20,000 nt of DNA from Chrysochromulina tobinii (taxonomy: Eukaryota). This document shows positions 19,100 through 20,000 of the stretch, one piece after another. The stretch covers positions 52,253-72,252 of the forward strand of contig JWZX01002949.1 of the NCBI GenBank assembly GCA_001275005.1. The letters are read 5' to 3'. The notes under the pieces were generated by a model, which made no database searches, was not told the origin of the DNA, and was given only the letters and a program-made list of their open reading frames with translations. How positions within the stretch are numbered: the first letter of the stretch is position 1; each line of letters starts with the position of its first letter. The translations under genes and the position numbers were made by a program.

Positions 19100-19139
19100 C
19101 GCGACCGCTGGTGCCAGCGACATCCTCGAGCTCAATTGA
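16039..19139 (+). CDS. TPR + DUF4470-like protein with one frame discontinuity near 17200-17265
   Basis: ATG at 16039. Small N-terminal domain GLQSRPALNG...GRHVV...LKAQNL; TPRs (RERGNAAF...YEAIEWYT; NRAAAFLEVGDY; LYCRLAKA); DUF4470-like IFFGGVGDGRHVLSTL...TLNDV...LARDLLLL. The second ORF continues with WHPNVTL, FDRIYLSNVPDYT and GCPAHWL. Confidence 0.75.
19067..19097 (+). repeat. (GCT)n microsatellite encoding C-terminal poly-Ala
   Basis: About 10 GCT units, read directly. Confidence 0.9.
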
Positions 19140-19935
19140 GAGTACTGCGCTGCATGGCCTGTCGGCGCGCATCCGCGTAGCATCCGCGAAGGCCCGCCCT
19201 CCTGCACCTTGCAGGGGGGCGTGCACCTGTGGGTTGAGGGGCGAAGGCGCGTCGTGGTGAGCACTGCCTTCCGTTGGAGCGCCCGAAGTGGTCCACACCG
19301 CCTTGGTTGTGTTTCACAGTTCCACAGGGCCGAGAAGACGACGCTCCATTGGACCCGGCAGTAGCGCGTGCTATCTCGCTGTGTGTGCTCGCATGAAAGT
19401 GAGACTCCTCCACAGCAGACAGCTGTGAGTCTCTGAGCTGTCTGTACAGCGCAGTAATGGATTCGTTTGGGTGGGTTGGTGGGCCACGCTCCGCTCTGCG
19501 CTTTACCCGCCCGCGGTGCGGTGTGGCCGAAATGGCCGCGCTGGATGCGAGCGACTGATGACACAATACGCCCGGTACACAACGACGATGCGTGAGATGT
19601 TTTTGTTTCGACGTTTACCATACAGCATACTCAAAATCTGTCGCGCGCTCAGTCCCGCAGACACGGGACGACACCCGGGCTGCACCGTGGACGGCCCCGG
19701 CGTGGTGCCATCGATGTGGCATGACATGTGCGATGTGGCCGGCGGTCACCGCTGCCGGCGGTGTCGTTATAGGTTATACGTTAACGCGAAGCGGATTCGT
19801 TCATTATTACAATGAATATTTAAGGGATTCATAGTAAACTTGGTTGCGTGTTTGGCTTGAATTAGACTTGAATTGCTGTTCATCTCAGTCAGTTCTCACC
19901 TCGCTGATCGGCTGTGATGTCGTGGCAAGATGTAT

Positions 19936-19937
<2 letters not shown>

Positions 19938-20000
<63 letters not shown>
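19938..20000 (+). repeat. Poly(A) homopolymer, at least 63 nt, running off the right edge
   Basis: Read directly. Confidence 0.95.

Noticed and set aside
19140..19834. Short ORFs on both strands after the TPR gene
   Set aside because: No recognisable motifs or coding-like composition; likely UTR or intergenic.

Overview
GC-rich, gene-dense, intron-containing eukaryotic DNA. The intron satellites and gene content suggest a haptophyte alga, possibly Chrysochromulina-like (inference). I reconstructed six genes by splicing the ORF track by eye: (1) a DUF1538 membrane protein running off the left edge (-); (2) a 4-exon, ~1941-aa EF-hand/RPGRIP1-type C2/multi-C2 protein (-); (3) a small 2-exon orphan (+); (4) a Hip/ST13 co-chaperone (-) with a His-rich insert, a C-terminal IEEVD and two apparent homopolymer frameshifts; (5) a 3-exon, ~1377-aa protein (+) fusing 37-aa repeats, a degenerate Nudix domain, an intact Ser/Thr kinase, a ZU5-UPA-like module and a PARP-type ADP-ribosyltransferase domain; (6) a TPR + DUF4470-like protein (+) with one frame break. 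A poly(A) run reaches the right edge. The most notable items are gene 5, a candidate ADP-ribosylation signalling or immune protein, and the introns of gene 2, which share 3' ends and duplicate the start of the downstream exon (introner-like). All domain calls are motif recognition by eye, not database results.
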